The position numbers were made by a program, and so were the translations under genes. The notes under the pieces are model-generated. The model was not told where the DNA came from and searched no databases. It was given only the letters and a program-made list of their open reading frames with translations. This document shows, piece after piece, positions 23,720 to 36,559 of a DNA stretch of 64,000 nt (its first letter is position 1; each line of letters opens with the position of its first letter). Source of the stretch: Octopus sinensis (Eukaryota); assembly GCF_006345805.1 (NCBI RefSeq), contig NW_021825821.1:310001-374000 (forward strand), written 5' to 3'.

Positions 23720-25158
23720 CTGCGATTTCACAAAATAAGGTAATTTGAATTTGTTATTTAAAGACTCAGTCAATAGTCTCTTACAAGCCATTGAGGAAAT
23801 GGCTAAACTCAAGAATTTGTGTTATGCAAAAGAAGTAAATAAAAACTGTTTCGGGATTCTTTTTTTTACTAAGACAAACATGAGTTTAAAGCCAGTCGTG
23901 GATGGCTTGAAAAATTTAAAAGAAGACATGGGTTAAAATTGAAGAAACTTTATGGAGAATCTTCTACAGAGAATTTCTTAAATTCTGAAGTTAATGATTT
24001 TCTCATTAATATAAGAGCAAAAATAAAATTATATGGTCGCGAAAATGTTTATAATGCAGATGAGACAGGATTATTTTATAAAGCTCTTCCATGTAAAAGC
24101 ATTTTCAAGATCAAGAGATATGGGCATAAATTATTGAAGGATCGAATATCGATAATGTTCTGCTCAAATATGACTGGTACCGATAAACTAACACCATTCA
24201 TAATTGGAAAATTCAAAAATCCTAGATGCTTTAAAAATTTTAGCTATCGAAGTTTTGTGACCTATCATAATTCAAAAAAAGCATGGATGGATTCTAAGTT
24301 ATTCAATACATTTTTGTTCGAATGGGATATCAGGTTGGCTAAAGAAAAACGCAAAATACTACTCGTAATTGACCAATGTCCATCTCACAAGATTTTTACA
24401 AATTTACAGCAAATTGAAATAATGTTTTTGCCGGCAAATGCTACGTGTTTATTACAGCCGATGGACCAAGGAGTCATTAAGACATTCAAGACGCTATTCA
24501 ATAAATTCAAATTTCTTGAAATTATTGAAAAAATTGAACTCGGAAAATCGTCATCTGAGGCATGTAAAGAAATAAACCTTAAGGATGCTTTAATTTATAC
24601 CTATCAAGCATGGATAAAGCTAGATAGTACAACAATAATAAATTGTTTTCGACATGCTAAATAAACCGAAGATTTTATTGAAGAATATATGACGAGTCTT
24701 CGCTTGAAACCTATCAGCAATTCGTGTCAAGACTACAAATAAATGATCCAATTCCTGAGGAAGAGTATCTTCTATACGAGTATACAGAGAATGAAGAGAT
24801 CCTGGACAATTTGGATGAAAATGATGATGAGGACATTGATTCTGGAGAAAAAAAGAATGAACAAGTCGTTTTAGACCACGATGCTTTGAATGCTCTCCAT
24901 ACATTGAGGAAGTACTTCAAACAAAAGGATGAAATTAATTTAAATGTCTTCAATCACCTTGATGATGTTATAAAACTAAAATAACTGACTATATTTAAAG
25001 AAATTAATGTCTTCATTTTTTAATTAGTCTATAAAATTTAAAAAATGCATTTTATTAACAAATAAAAATATTCAAATTTGTCTCTCGAATCCGCCAAACT
25101 CTCGAATCCGCCGTAATTTCCCAGGTCCCAAATTTGGCGGATTCGAGAGGTTTTACTG
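23720..25158 (+). mobile_element. pogo/Tigger-type DNA transposon, 5'-damaged, right TIR intact
   Basis: VYNADETGLFY, KAWMDS, LLVIDQCPSH, LQPMDQGVI. The right end reverse-complements to TA|CAGTAAAACCTCTCGAATCCGCC. Confidence 0.85.
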
Positions 25159-25689
25159 TATTTTTATAATCTGTCTACCCATTCCTCAACAGGTAACATT
25201 TAAAAAATATTTTAAGGCAATACTCCATTTTAAAAATATCGTGGGGTCAATGGATTCAACAGCATTGAGATTAATACAGATATTGGTAGTTTAAATGAGA
25301 AATAAAAATTTTTTAGATTGTGAAAAAATACTAAATTATGAAACTGTGCCGACATTTCTTTTGGGCAAAATGAGCAAGCAGGTTTTTATTAACATTTGAT
25401 TTTGAAGTCACGTGATTTAAATTTACCATTCGGGTAACCCGTAGCGCTCGGTAACGCCCAGCGCCTGTGACATAATAAAATAAAAATTGAGCTGTTTACT
25501 GAACATTTTTTAACGAGAATCAAACATGTAGTAGAATTGAAAGTACAAATAATTAGCTCTAAATAGAACTTTTAGCACTAGAACTTTTACTACGATATTT
25601 CCCAACACCAAATTTTAACGTCGATTATTTTTTTTAATTTGAAGTATATAATTCAGCCGACTGATTCAACTTTGAGAAAGAAATATCTC

Positions 25690-26140
25690 AAATTTTCCAA
25701 AATACTCTCAAAAATAAAACAAACAAAAAAATCTTATCTCCAAATACTCAAAGAATGTCAGGTTACTATCAATTTTTATCGAAAAGACAAAAGCTGGGGC
25801 ATTTGCTGTTATAACAAAAGTCAGCTACGACTCAAGTTTGTACGAAGGAGTTCCAGTGAGAGATAAAGCGGTCTCTTTTCGTTCACTTGAGTTTATTCAC
25901 ATAAAAGAGGTAGAAATTAAATTAATTTAAACCAGAAAATCAACGATGAATGGTGGGCAGGTCGGTTAGTCAAAGAAGGAGCAAAAGTGGGATTTGTTCC
26001 CAGTCCCTAAAGAATAGAAAAGATAAGACTACAACAAAATATAGCATTAAAAACTAAATTTACAAAGTATGAACAAAAACTAATTTTCAGAATAAAGGAT
26101 ACAAATAAAATAGTAGATGAAGACCACGGAAATCAGGAAT
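25690..26140 (+). pseudogene. CACNB: Voltage-gated calcium channel beta subunit SH3-region fragment with three micro-introns
   Basis: Spliced ECQ|TKAGAFAVITKVSY..VPV..AVSF..EFIHIKE|KINDEWWAGRLVKEGAKVGFVPSP* matches the CACNB SH3. In-frame TAA at 26008-26010; truncated by a CRE fragment. Confidence 0.85.
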
Positions 26141-26560
26141 ACAATTAACTAATCAATTCTCGAAATATATGGAAATATTTTTTCAAAAAAGTAAAATAAA
26201 TCTAGTAAGAGTAGTCCGAAAATACTCCTCCATATGAAATAGTCCCTGCGATGAGACCAATATTCATACTCAGAGTCGCCGGAGCACAAGACACGGAGGG
26301 CAGCTCTTACGTCTCCTTCGAGGAGCTTCCGATTCACTCGCTTGATTATCCTGGCGTCCTGCCTGATGCCATTTTCGTATAAGTCGGACTTGTTCTGAGA
26401 GGAGGGAAAAGTAGGACAAGATTGTCGCATTCCTCGCCGAAAGAAACTGCCTGAGACTTAATTGCGGACGACATTCCCTTGCCGGGATTGGTCGCCTCGT
26501 ACTTTTTTCCAAGGACGAGAGGTGCAAAGAGGAACAAATTAAAAAAATACAGGGGCCGCA
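26140..26560 (-). mobile_element. CRE-like 5'/pre-RT fragment
   Basis: RKLLEGDVRAALRVLC motif; GC-rich relative to the flanks. Confidence 0.6.
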
Positions 26561-26841
26561 AATAATTTTTAACAATTATTTATTAACTAAATAATCAAAA
26601 TTAGGTTTAATTTTACTAGTTGAAGAACGTAACAAATGACTTAGATGACTATTAGTCAATCTGCTGCAAAACTTTGTTTTAATTCGAACAAGTTTACTAA
26701 ATATCGATTCGCAGATTACATGTCATTAGTAAATTGAAATTCTGCTTTAAATATAAGTTCTATAATAGCATAATTAATAATTATTACACAATTATTATTA
26801 TTAAGTAAAAATATTAAGCGTAAGTTTTTGATTTTTCATAT

Positions 26842-27200
26842 TTAATAAATAAAATCATCAAAAATAGCTTGTCCGGTTTTCGGTGAGGAGGTGTATGTTA
26901 ATCCAAACATCGCTAAATTTTTCTTTGCATTATTGACTAGATTCGGAAATCGGTTCTCTGGAATTCTCGAATAAAGGTCAATTATTGAAATCTTGCTGAA
27001 CAAACTTTTCAGTTCAACATCATTTTGCAAATCAATCAATTCCAGTTGGTAAATGCCGGTAACCTCATCACCCCATAATCAACAAAGTATAATGAAGCAC
27101 TCTGTTGCGAAGCACTCTCTATGGCTGTTATCTCAGTCGGTGGATACGAGAGGGAAACTTTTACTTTCCCAATTGAAATCTTTAACAATTCTAAACGATC
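26842..27200 (-). mobile_element. hAT transposase C-terminal remnant
   Basis: IDLQND..LK...FPNL...A...AMFG.TY. Confidence 0.6.
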
Positions 27201-27904
27201 CATCGAGTAACATAGCGACTCTCCTTAGAGTGACTGATTAAAGGTCTACAGATTAACCGAACGTTCAGGACCGACATCTCTGGAGGATCTGATTAAGCAG
27301 AACTCCGGATTGCCGGCCAATCTCGCAGCGATACCGCCCGGTGAGATCTTGTGTGAATTCGTGGGAAGTTCACCGAACGAGAGTGAGGTCCTTAGTAAAT
27401 TGCATTGAGATCACGTGACTATTTGTCCCCTTTCTACCGTGGTTTTGATGTTTAAATAAATAAAAAACAAAGTCACCTTTTATAAAATAGAGTGCTTAAT
27501 CAATATGTTGTGAAGCTCTGAAATAAACAAGGAGTGGCATTCTTGATACCTCCCATTTTCTTTTCTCCGTTTTCTTAAAAACAGTTAACTTATATAAGCC
27601 TCAAGACTTGACCATACCCAATTGTCTGGCCAGTTCAGCCCACCTCAGTACACAAGGAATGGAATGGACTTACTGGCCAGTTCAGCCCACCTCAGTACAC
27701 AAGGAGATCAGTCTTGAAGCGTTTGAGAAAATTCAAATTTAGGAGTGTTTCGGGTAAAATTTCTGAACTCTGAGACAATTATTGTGTTTTAAAATTGATT
27801 AAATTTTAGGTCCTCAAAGTAAGGCAAAGAGGACAAATTTGGATCTGTAGAGGCTCGAGAATTCCCTATAATTATACTATATTTACTGAAATAAATTACA
27901 AATT

Positions 27905-28160
27905 CCAATCTTTTGTTTGGAGCATCCCACGGACTGGTACTTGGATTAACGCCTATCCTTCCATTTCAGCTGAAGCCTTGCTAAACATAGAGTGTTTAAG
28001 AATCGGAATATCTCGTTGGCTCGGCTTGAACATTTGCCAGCCTCACCAATGCCACTGTGGGGCCTATATAGACCGCAAAAGTCTACACCCGCTCTCTTAT
28101 TGCAAAAGCCCTGAAGGCAGGCAGGTGGAGCTTAATAGCATCGTAGGCGACAAACATGAG
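27905..28160 (+). mobile_element. CRE-like zinc-knuckle fragment
   Basis: WINAYPS..LRIGISRWLGLNICQPHQCHCG..HPLS. Confidence 0.7.
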
Positions 28161-28886
28161 ATGGTGTTGTAAATAAATTTTATAAACATCACTGCGACTA
28201 AATCGGTCTCAAAAGACCCACACGAGCTTCCATCCAGTATGTGGTCATCCGGAAAACATTGGAGAGGATTCGTACAGAATAGAAGTTTGGGATGTACCCA
28301 CCCGAAGATCGTCAAATGACCCGGTTTGCAAAGGCAACGACGAAGGAAGCTTCCACAAGTGAGACCATAGAATCGGACTCGATAACCACCACAAAAGTGG
28401 CCTGCACTTTAAAATAGATAAGTGTGCTCGTCGAAGACATTGACTTGGGTTCGGAGAGAAGGAAAATCGACTGAAAGGCACTAATTAAAAACTAATTTTA
28501 TCTGAACTTTTCAATTTATAATTATTTTTCGTCTAGAGAGCTTTTAATCAATATCAAAATAAAGAGCGATATCTCCACGTGTGTGTAATCAATCGATCTG
28601 ATTTATACGGAATAAGATATAATATGATAGTCAACTTATTAACTTGGTCGGCCTTCTCTATATCCTTCTTCACTTCAAAATAAAGAATCCAGGGACACGT
28701 TTAATGGTGTGGTACCAACCCTGCAAATAAAAAAATTAATGATTTTAATCCCTCGCCCCGTCGCCAAGTCGTTACGCCTTCACGCCGCATTTTGTGGCTA
28801 AATGGTGTATGATCATGACCATTTAAAGAATAAAAAATCAAACAAAATTGTTTAAATTTGAGAAAATAAACCAACTAATGCTAATA

Positions 28887-29943
28887 TTAAATATTATCTC
28901 CTTTGAGTGACGAGCCCAGACTGTAAGAAGTGATCTTGTCCCAATCAATCTTGCATTTTGTCAGTGGTAGGACACGTCTTAAAGACTTGAAAGAGCTCGA
29001 GGACATTTCATCAAAACTCGAGTTTACCGAAAGTTGGAAACTATTTTCAAAATTGCAAATTTTCCCGACTACAACCTCCGCCAGTATTTCAGACTTTTGA
29101 GTTTATACAAAATTGAATACATTTTCGATTTTTGCAGAAAATTCACGTTTAGAGTACAGCTGGACGTTTCCATCCTCCATGTAATGAATTCTACCCTTAA
29201 TGCACCCTTCAAGACTCCAACCGTCTTCACCATTTCCCGCCAATTTCCACTCCGAGCAAATTAACCCACTCCTACAAAATCGATAAAAACCCCAAACCAA
29301 AAATTCTTTGAGCTGTGTTGTGACGAAGAAATACAAATACGAAATTCAGTGCCTGTAAATACAACAAGGGACGATCCCGTGTCGTAGTGGGACCAGACGT
29401 AGTCCCCCACTTGGCTCTGCAGGGATTTGGCGAGGGGGGATTGATCACACTCATAATCCACGACTTGGGCGACTTTCAGAGTGAGAGAATCGACCCTGTT
29501 TTATTTTATTCATAAATCACTCAAAGGATTTTCCAATCGACGGATCAAAGTATCGGCTGTTTCCGAGGTGATTATATGATGATAACAAGACGTGTGATCC
29601 TTCGACGTCCACCGAAGTGAAATTCAGACGATGAAATGATTCAAATGTTCTAAAATTAGGGCAAATTGAATACTCTTTTAGGACTTGACGAGTCCGAGGG
29701 CTGTCGGTAAGAGCACAGAGGTCTACTGTGGAGGAATTTAACTGCAACCGTATATTATGTGCTCCGATTGGCCAGGTGGACAGGAAGAAACAAGACTGTC
29801 AACTGTTTGCTAAGAGATTAATTAATTTTGGTGAAATAAAATTGTGGTTTGAATCTCTTTTAAAGAAAATAGATTTATGGTTAGGAGTGTTGAAATTAAT
29901 GAAAATTCTTTATATTCATTACCTTAAAATCAGAATCGAGCAT
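28887..29943 (-). CDS. CAPZA: F-actin capping protein subunit alpha, multi-exon
   Basis: MLDSDFK|QTVDSLVSSCPPGQ..., HLGNSRYFDP, KNFW|SG..CSEW, IHYMEDGNVQL and KSLRRVLPLTKCKIDWDKI; GT-AG micro-introns. Confidence 0.92.
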
Positions 29944-30149
29944 TAGACAATAATGAACAAAGCGTTCAACATTTATTTGATTTATTGATCGAGATATGAT
30001 TTTATTAATATTTTATATCATTTAAATTATACTATAATTAACTGAAATTAAAAATTATTTCTAAAAAATATGTTTTATTTAGCAAACAGAACGATTCTCA
30101 CCGGGCTATTTGCAAATAGAAAATCTTAAATTAGTTATTTTCAGCAACT

Positions 30150-30620
30150 TGTCTCCGAGCAGAGAGCCGAGTTTCTTCGCATTCGTCCTGTTTCACCAAC
30201 TTTGATGAAATGCGTTTTATCTCAGTGAATTCGGTTTTAGTAGTGCAGAGGATGTAACTCTATGAATCTCCTTCCCTTTTTCATTATTTTCTCTGGCACT
30301 GTGACCTTCGAGAAAGTGCAGTCCAGTGCCTCTTGATGACTAAATGTCAGGAAAGGACTGTATCGGTGAGCATCAAACAAGACATTCTCCATGACTGTAT
30401 ATAAGCCTGTAGAGACTTATCTACACTCAACTGTCTTAAGTACCCATTGTGGTATTTAGTGACCAGTCTATACCATTTCATCACACACGGAATGACATGG
30501 ATTTGATGCATCAGCCCTAGCTCGTTTGCAAGTAGGTTTTCTCCACTTCCACTGTCTGCAAACGGTCTACGCACGTCATGCCCACCTCCACGGTAACAAT
30601 CTCCCCGGTGACCTTATCGT
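30150..30620 (-). mobile_element. R4/NeSL-type REL endonuclease C-terminal fragment
   Basis: LLANELG...IPCVMKW..LVTKYH..YL...AYIQS. Confidence 0.6.
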
Positions 30621-30959
30621 GGACCACAATATCGGGTCTGTTGTGCTGGACAACAATCATAATCATGGTAAAGCATACTCCCGCACTTCATGGCTAAATG
30701 GTCAACGGTCATCGCCTTACTTTTAGAGTGATTACACTGTTTCCGTTGACTATTAAAAAAGTTTGTCCTGCAAATATGAGAACAATTCTTCTAATCGGGG
30801 AGAGTTATTCCCGTATTTCAGCCACGTTGATGACGACGATACGTCAATGTGCAGGTTGTCCAGCCTGCTAAAGATATTGTGATTGCCGTTCGGAGGAATG
30901 GCGTCAATTCAGTAAGTTCTAAAGCTGGCTATTTTGGAAGCTCAGAACAATGGAAGTGG

Positions 30960-31095
30960 GAAATCCCATTTTTAAAAATTTTCAGTAAATCCTTGGAGTA
31001 ACTAAGACAGTTGTGGTTCCACAATGGACACTTACTGTCTATATGTCCTTTCCTGCAAGAAAAGCGCAGGTTGCATTTTTCGACATTCCCTGAGC
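30960..31095 (+). mobile_element. Short CRE-like zinc-knuckle remnant
   Basis: CG.TMDT...VLSCKKSAG.IFRHS. Confidence 0.5.
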
Positions 31096-31889
31096 TAAAA
31101 CGTTTCATCTTTTGTATTTAGGGGCAACCTTTATTTTAAGGGCGATTTTTTGAATAAATATTATTTTGGATGATTTTTACATTTTTTAAATATTTTAAAG
31201 CATAAATTTAAAATACAAAACCACGCTTATTTGGGCAGTTTTTCAATAGATACTATAAAAATGTATTATTTCGCCAAGATTCTTAAAAATATACAAACTA
31301 AGGATTATGGGACATATTTAATTAGGTTATTTTTAAGTATTGTACACAGCTTAATAAAAAGTTCTGATAAACTCGAATATTATAGAAAAAAAGAGAATTT
31401 AGTTTTCAAAAAGTTAATATCAAATAGCTCTGTTATTCTGAAAGCCCTCTTCAAAGAAATCCGTTGTACCAAAAAAAACTTTTCACATGGCTAGCAGGCA
31501 AAGTCACATGATTTTATCCCAGGATCCTATTAAATTAATTATATTTTTGATTTAAACAAAAAAATATTTCTAAATTTAAAAACAAGAAAAAAAGTGTTTT
31601 ATGATTTCACGAGAGGGATAAATTAAGTAAAACAGGATTACATAATATTAATTAAAACAAAGAATTATGAAATAAATGATGCAATGTATAATATAAATAA
31701 AGTAAATAGTGGATAAGTAAAGTTAGTTTGAAAGTTAATCACAGAGATTTGTAATGTAAAAAATTTATACGGGCAAATTAAAGACAACACTAAAAATAAA
31801 CTAAAAAAGTAAATTTTAAATGATAAGTAAAATATAGACTGATAAAGATGATAAAAAAACTTTAATAAGTAAGAGCTCAAACACATACA

Positions 31890-33140
31890 TATCATTTCAG
31901 TAATAGTTCGATTAAATAGAACATTTCAGTGAACATTTGTAATCGAAATAACAAAAAAGTGCTGAGGTGATTAATTTTATATAGCATATATGGATGAGAT
32001 GAATAATTTTTTTATCCTCATTAAAAAATGCCAACATTATATGGATTAAACATCTGTTTAAATCCAACACATCTATGAGAGTTTGTGCTCGAAATAATAA
32101 AATTGTGCTGAGGTAACTAAATTTTTTGGCATTGAGACCGGACTAAGTTTTTCTTAGTCTCATAAAAATGCCAACATTATATGGATTAAACATCCGTTTA
32201 AATCCAACATATCTATGAGAGTTTGTGCTCGAAATAATAAAATTTTGCTGAGGTAACTAAATTTTTTGGCATTGAGACCGGACTAAGTTTTTCTTAGTCA
32301 CATAAAAATGCCAACATTATATGGATTAAACATCTGTTTAAATCCAACACATCTATGAGAGTTTGTGCTCGATTAATAAAATTGTGCTGGGGTAACTAAA
32401 TTTTTTGGCATTGAGTCCGGACTAAGTTTTTCTTAGCCCCATCAAAATGCCGACATTATTTGGATTAAACATCCGTTTAAATCCAACACATCTATGAGAG
32501 TTTGTGCTCGAAATAATAAAATTGTGCTGAGGTAACTAAATTTTTTGGCATTGAGACCGGACTAAGTTTTTCTTAGTCTCATAAAAATGCCAACATTATA
32601 TGGATTAAACATCTGTTTAAATCCACACATCTATGAGAGTTTGTGCTCGAAATAATAAAATTGTGCTGGGGTAACTAAATTTTTTGGCATTGAGACCGGA
32701 CTAAGTTTTTCTTAGCCTCATAAAAATGCCGACATTATTTGGATTAAACATCCGTTTAAATCCAACACATCTATGAGAGTTTGTGCTCGAAATAATAAAA
32801 TTGTGCTGAGGTAACTAAATTTTTTGGCATTGAGTCCGGACTAAGTTTTTCTTAGCCTCATAAAAATGCCGACATTATTTGGATTAAACATCCGTTTAAA
32901 TCCAAAATTTATGATTGTTTATGCTCGAAATAAACTCATTGAGTGGGGTCATTATATTTTTTGGCATAAAGCACGGGCTAAGTTTTTCTTAACCCCATCA
33001 AATATACTCACATTATATCCATTAAACATATGTTTAAATCCTAAATTTATATTTATGTTTGTCCTTGAAATAACCAAATCGTTCCTTGTTCATTTTATTT
33101 TATCGGTCTACTGCATTCTTAGTTTTTCTTAACCTTCGTG
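31890..33140. repeat. 139-140-bp tandem array: 6 near-identical units plus about 3 degenerate flanking units
   Basis: The unit start atgcc(a/g)acatt occurs at 32028, 32168, 32308, 32447, 32587, 32726 and 32866. Confidence 0.95.
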
Positions 33141-33704
33141 TAAGTCTTTTTGAATCCAACATTTTTTACCCTATCGAAATATTGTCCACATATCACTTTT
33201 GTTTTATTTCAATTGATTGCACACAGACAGTCCGATATTTTTATATCAATCGATATTGATTCCAATTCAATGCCTACCATTTATCGATCATATTTTTTAA
33301 TATCTTACTTTTTAATGAACTATGATGCTTCAATATAAGTATGTAACTTCAATATTGTTTTTGTCGTAGCATACAATTTTTGTCCATGATTTTCTTGTGA
33401 TTTTTTACTTTTAGTTTTTTGCTTCTCAATTGCACTTGGAGAATTTCTGAAAAACAAACACATGAGGTACTTTTATTTTTATTCCATCTCCTTACCTCAT
33501 TATTAATCGTATTTTATTTACATAAATTTATCTCTTCTATTTTAATTCACAGTTTCTTTTTAAGCATTACCATAACGGCCTGCAATGTTCAGTATTTGTT
33601 AATGCTCACGTTATTTCTACTTCTATTTTATTTAACTTTTTTGAAATAAATTAAATTAATTGTTAGTTTATATCAAATTATTTTAAATAATTATTTTTAT
33701 CTAC

Positions 33705-33838
33705 AGACAGAACCTCCGGACCATCTATGCCTATTGCTTCGAGAAGCTTTCTCCGGACCGGGGTCTCCGATGGGCATTATGGACTTATGGAAGCGCCCTC
33801 CTACAAGCTAGAGAGGTCGGGGTAACTAACTAACTACA
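33705..33838 (+). mobile_element. 3'-end fragment of a jockey-like element with (TAAC)n tail
   Basis: Resembles 45540-45685 and ends ggggtaactaactaac. Confidence 0.55.
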
Positions 33839-34242
33839 ATTGAACAGGATTTTGGATTAAACATTTTTCAAAGGCACCATTATTGGATCGAATGGTGGTT
33901 TTTCTCAAGGCAGTTAACTCTTCAGCCTGAGAACTGGCGAACCGTTCTATATTGGATGACTACCACCACTCTTGGTATGAACTGATTGTTTCTGGTGTAT
34001 AAAATTTTTTGGGGACACTCGAATAAAATGTTGTAATTTTTGCTTTCTTATACTACTCTATATTAATAGTATTCGGGAAGTAAAAGAGATTGGTCTCTAA
34101 ACTTTGCAAGCAAACGGGTCTTCGGATTAATTTAGCTAACTTTTAATTATCTCGGTTTTTAGTTAAATAAAGGTATGTAATATTCATAATCAAAGATTAC
34201 AAACCCGCATTTTATCTTTTATAAATATCGTAAAATTGTTAG

Positions 34243-36276
34243 ATTTGCTAATGAACAACTTTTTTTAACAGTTACAAAGAAAAAGTATCACAACATCAAA
34301 CCATGCAAAGAACCTATATTCTACCACCTCGGAGTGCTTAGAATGACGATGATTTGTTAAAACAAAACATAAATTTAGTAGGTATTGGAAGCATCATTGG
34401 GCCAGGAATTTATATAACTTGTGGATTCATAATTAGTAAACAGGCAGGGCCAGCAGCAATAATCTCGATCACAATTGCCGGATTTTTTAATATTTTACAT
34501 GGCCTGTCATCCAAATAACTTAATAGGACTTGTATATGCAGAAGTTGGTACCAGAATGCCACGTCCTGGAACATTTTATTCATTTTGTTTTGCGATATAT
34601 GGAGAAATGGTTGGATTTGTAATTGGCTCGTTAATTATTTTGATACATTTATTTGGTAAAGCATTTATTTCTTTGGGAATTAGCCGGAGTCGCAGCTGCT
34701 CAGACAATATCCTTTTATATCGCCTCGCTAAGTAAAAACTTCTCAGATTTTTCCGATTCATTTTTGAAGATAAATTCTGACTATTTCTTGGATCATTTAA
34801 ATTTTTTAGCACCTCTGATAGTCGTGTTGACAGCATGTTAGACTTAGCTTTTTAATTATTTATAGGCTCGTTTTTATTAAAATACGAAAATTCAAAGATT
34901 GTTTCTCTTTCATTTGTCATTTTAAATTGTTTAGTATTAATCACCGTGGTAATTGGTGGCGCTAGACTGACTAATATCAAAAACTGGAATATAAATTTTG
35001 TTGAACTCGTAATAATATTTTAGTCAAACGTTTCTTATGATTCAAGTCGAGGTAAAGGAGGATTTTTACCATATGGAATCTCAGGAATATTTTCTGCAAC
35101 GATTGAAGTGTTTTTTTCATTAAGCAGTGTCGATATCATAGCAGTAATCGGTTTCAATTTTATTGATAACAGTTTCATAACAGCCAGGGATGCAATAAAC
35201 CCAATGAAATCTATTCCAAAGAGCATCTTATTCTCAATTTTAACAGTAACTCTGATCTATATTTCAATCACCGTGGTGATCTCCCTAATGATTCCATATT
35301 ATTTGATTGATGTCCAGTCTCCTTTCTCGTCTGCTTTTACTCTAAATAGGAGTAAATATCTCCGCATTCCAATATTAATTGGCTGCATCTGTGGAATGCT
35401 TTCGAGGCTTAGCTTTATATAGTTTTATTATTTTTAGTTTGCAGGGAGAAATTTTATCATGTTCACGACTGTTTTTTTCAATGCTAAACGATGACATTTT
35501 CCCAAAATCTCGAGAGAATGTAGACATGGAGGCTCTGGTTACCCGATGTTGTCTAATATATGGATTTATAATAGGCGATATGAATTAATTAATATTTAGG
35601 TATTCTTTCAATGTTTCTTTCGACCAAAATTGCAATTGAACTGAGTGTTATTTCGATATTGATACCTTCTATAATAATTAATTTGACTGTGATTAATATC
35701 CGGTTTTATTATAATTTAATTTAAGATATTCCGATAAATATTGTTTGATTGGAAGATTTTGGAGGCACCCTAACCAGGAAGGAATACTACTAACAAAATC
35801 AAAAAAAATCAAATCTAGAGTACTCATTGGAGTTATAAGTTAACAGTAATTTTTTCTATTTTACAGCGTTTTGCTCATTTTTTATTTCCATTTTTATAAA
35901 AATTGGAAATTTTGGAGACAAGATTTATGTTTATGTACTAATTTTAGTTGTCATCATATTTTTCGCATGTCTTATCACGCTTTGGAGGATGCCCACGTTA
36001 ATAGATCATGCAGTTTTTATGGTATGGTAAATTATATTTTTTTAGACCCCAATGATGCCTTTTCTTTCCATTTTTTCTAATTTTTTTACTTTCATCGTAC
36101 TTGTGCATATTAGTAAGGAATCATGGATAGCATTCAGTGTAACGTTTTCCCCAAGTAAAATTTTTTTATTTTAAATATTAATAATAGTATTGATTGTTTA
36201 TATAATTTCAAAATCAATTCAAACTTGTGATAAATCTGGCATCGTCGAGACCACAGAAACCACTCAATTACTCTAA
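34243..36276 (+). CDS. SLC7A: SLC7/CAT-type amino-acid permease, multi-exon; first exon and start codon not located
   Basis: GIGSIIGPGIY..QAGPAAII..GLVYAE.G.RMP..G, GGFLPYGISG and NPMKSIPKSI; includes a GC-AG intron at 34502-34526. Confidence 0.85.
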
Positions 36277-36559
36277 TTAATTAAATTGGCATATATCAAA
36301 AAATATCATTTTTCGGTTCACGATTTTTTTATTCGCTGAATAACACACTTTTTTAGTTATTAGTGACAGATAGCTTTTCTGTCGCAATCCTAACTATGTA
36401 GTGAATATTGTACTATTAGAATAATTCAGCGTCACAATCAAAAGCAAAGTTGCCTCAGATCCAAATAATAGGTTTTCTTAATATTTGATTTTGAATGTTT
36501 GTATCAAATAGAAAATAATTGAAATAAAATTTTAAAATCATGCAAACAACTGTGCTCTT

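Noticed and set aside
28160-28830. Possible minus-strand micro-intron gene downstream of CAPZA
   Set aside because: Splice-like signals and raised GC are present, but I could not build one consistent, recognisable frame.
32866-33132. 88-aa ORF in the tandem array
   Set aside because: Chance open frame in degenerate units of a repeat whose length is not a multiple of 3.
31890-33140. CRISPR array
   Set aside because: Whole 140-bp units repeat with no unique spacers, there are no cas genes, and the context is eukaryotic.
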